Shown here piece after piece: positions 34,211 through 34,280 of a stretch of DNA of 34,280 nt. Position numbers and translations under genes: made by a program. The DNA is from a virus. Its lineage: Duplodnaviria; Caudoviricetes. The DNA lies in IMG/VR virus record IMGVR_UViG_3300033076_000978, positions 1 through 34,280 of that record; one strand, 5' to 3'. The stretch's first letter is position 1; each line of letters starts with the position of its first letter. The notes beneath the pieces were generated by a model that made no database searches, was not told where the DNA came from, and worked only from the letters and a program-made list of their open reading frames with translations.

Positions 34211-34280
34211 GGCAAGCTTGCCCTCCACACACCTACCCCTAAATCTTAAGAGTCTATCATGCGCATACTCTGCTCATATT

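Overview
This window is most of the genome of a tailed dsDNA phage with podovirus-like organisation. No integrase, repressor, RNA polymerase, primase, endolysin, tRNA or CRISPR array was recognised. Block 1 (+, 1-8037) holds replication and nucleotide genes: Sak4-like ATPase, SSB-like protein, family A DNA polymerase, DUF3987-like ATPase, a DfrB/R67-type DHFR-domain protein, MazG-like and DEDDh exonuclease genes. It ends at a bidirectional terminator. Block 2 (-, 8147-30400) is the virion and packaging module: TerS, TerL, portal, scaffold, SU10-type major capsid, adaptor, tail fibre, nozzle, holin-like and three ejection proteins, with two freestanding HNH genes. Block 3 (+, 30716-end) is an early region of small genes separated by RNA hairpins. 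The most notable items are: (i) a phage-encoded DfrB domain with an intact VQIY active-site motif; (ii) a 386-bp non-coding element of nested inverted repeats, convergent YAGACYG heptamers, a four-run G5 quadruplex motif and an AT-rich core, which is a candidate origin; (iii) a pentapeptide-repeat gene bounded by two related hairpins whose arms cross-pair; (iv) a 37x (N/D-C-x) cysteine-ladder protein; (v) an H-type pseudoknot just after the capsid stop codon; (vi) a PolA with His at the E. coli 762 position; and (vii) a probable deletion scar in a GC-rich tail cassette. All family assignments come from motif recognition by eye, without database searches.
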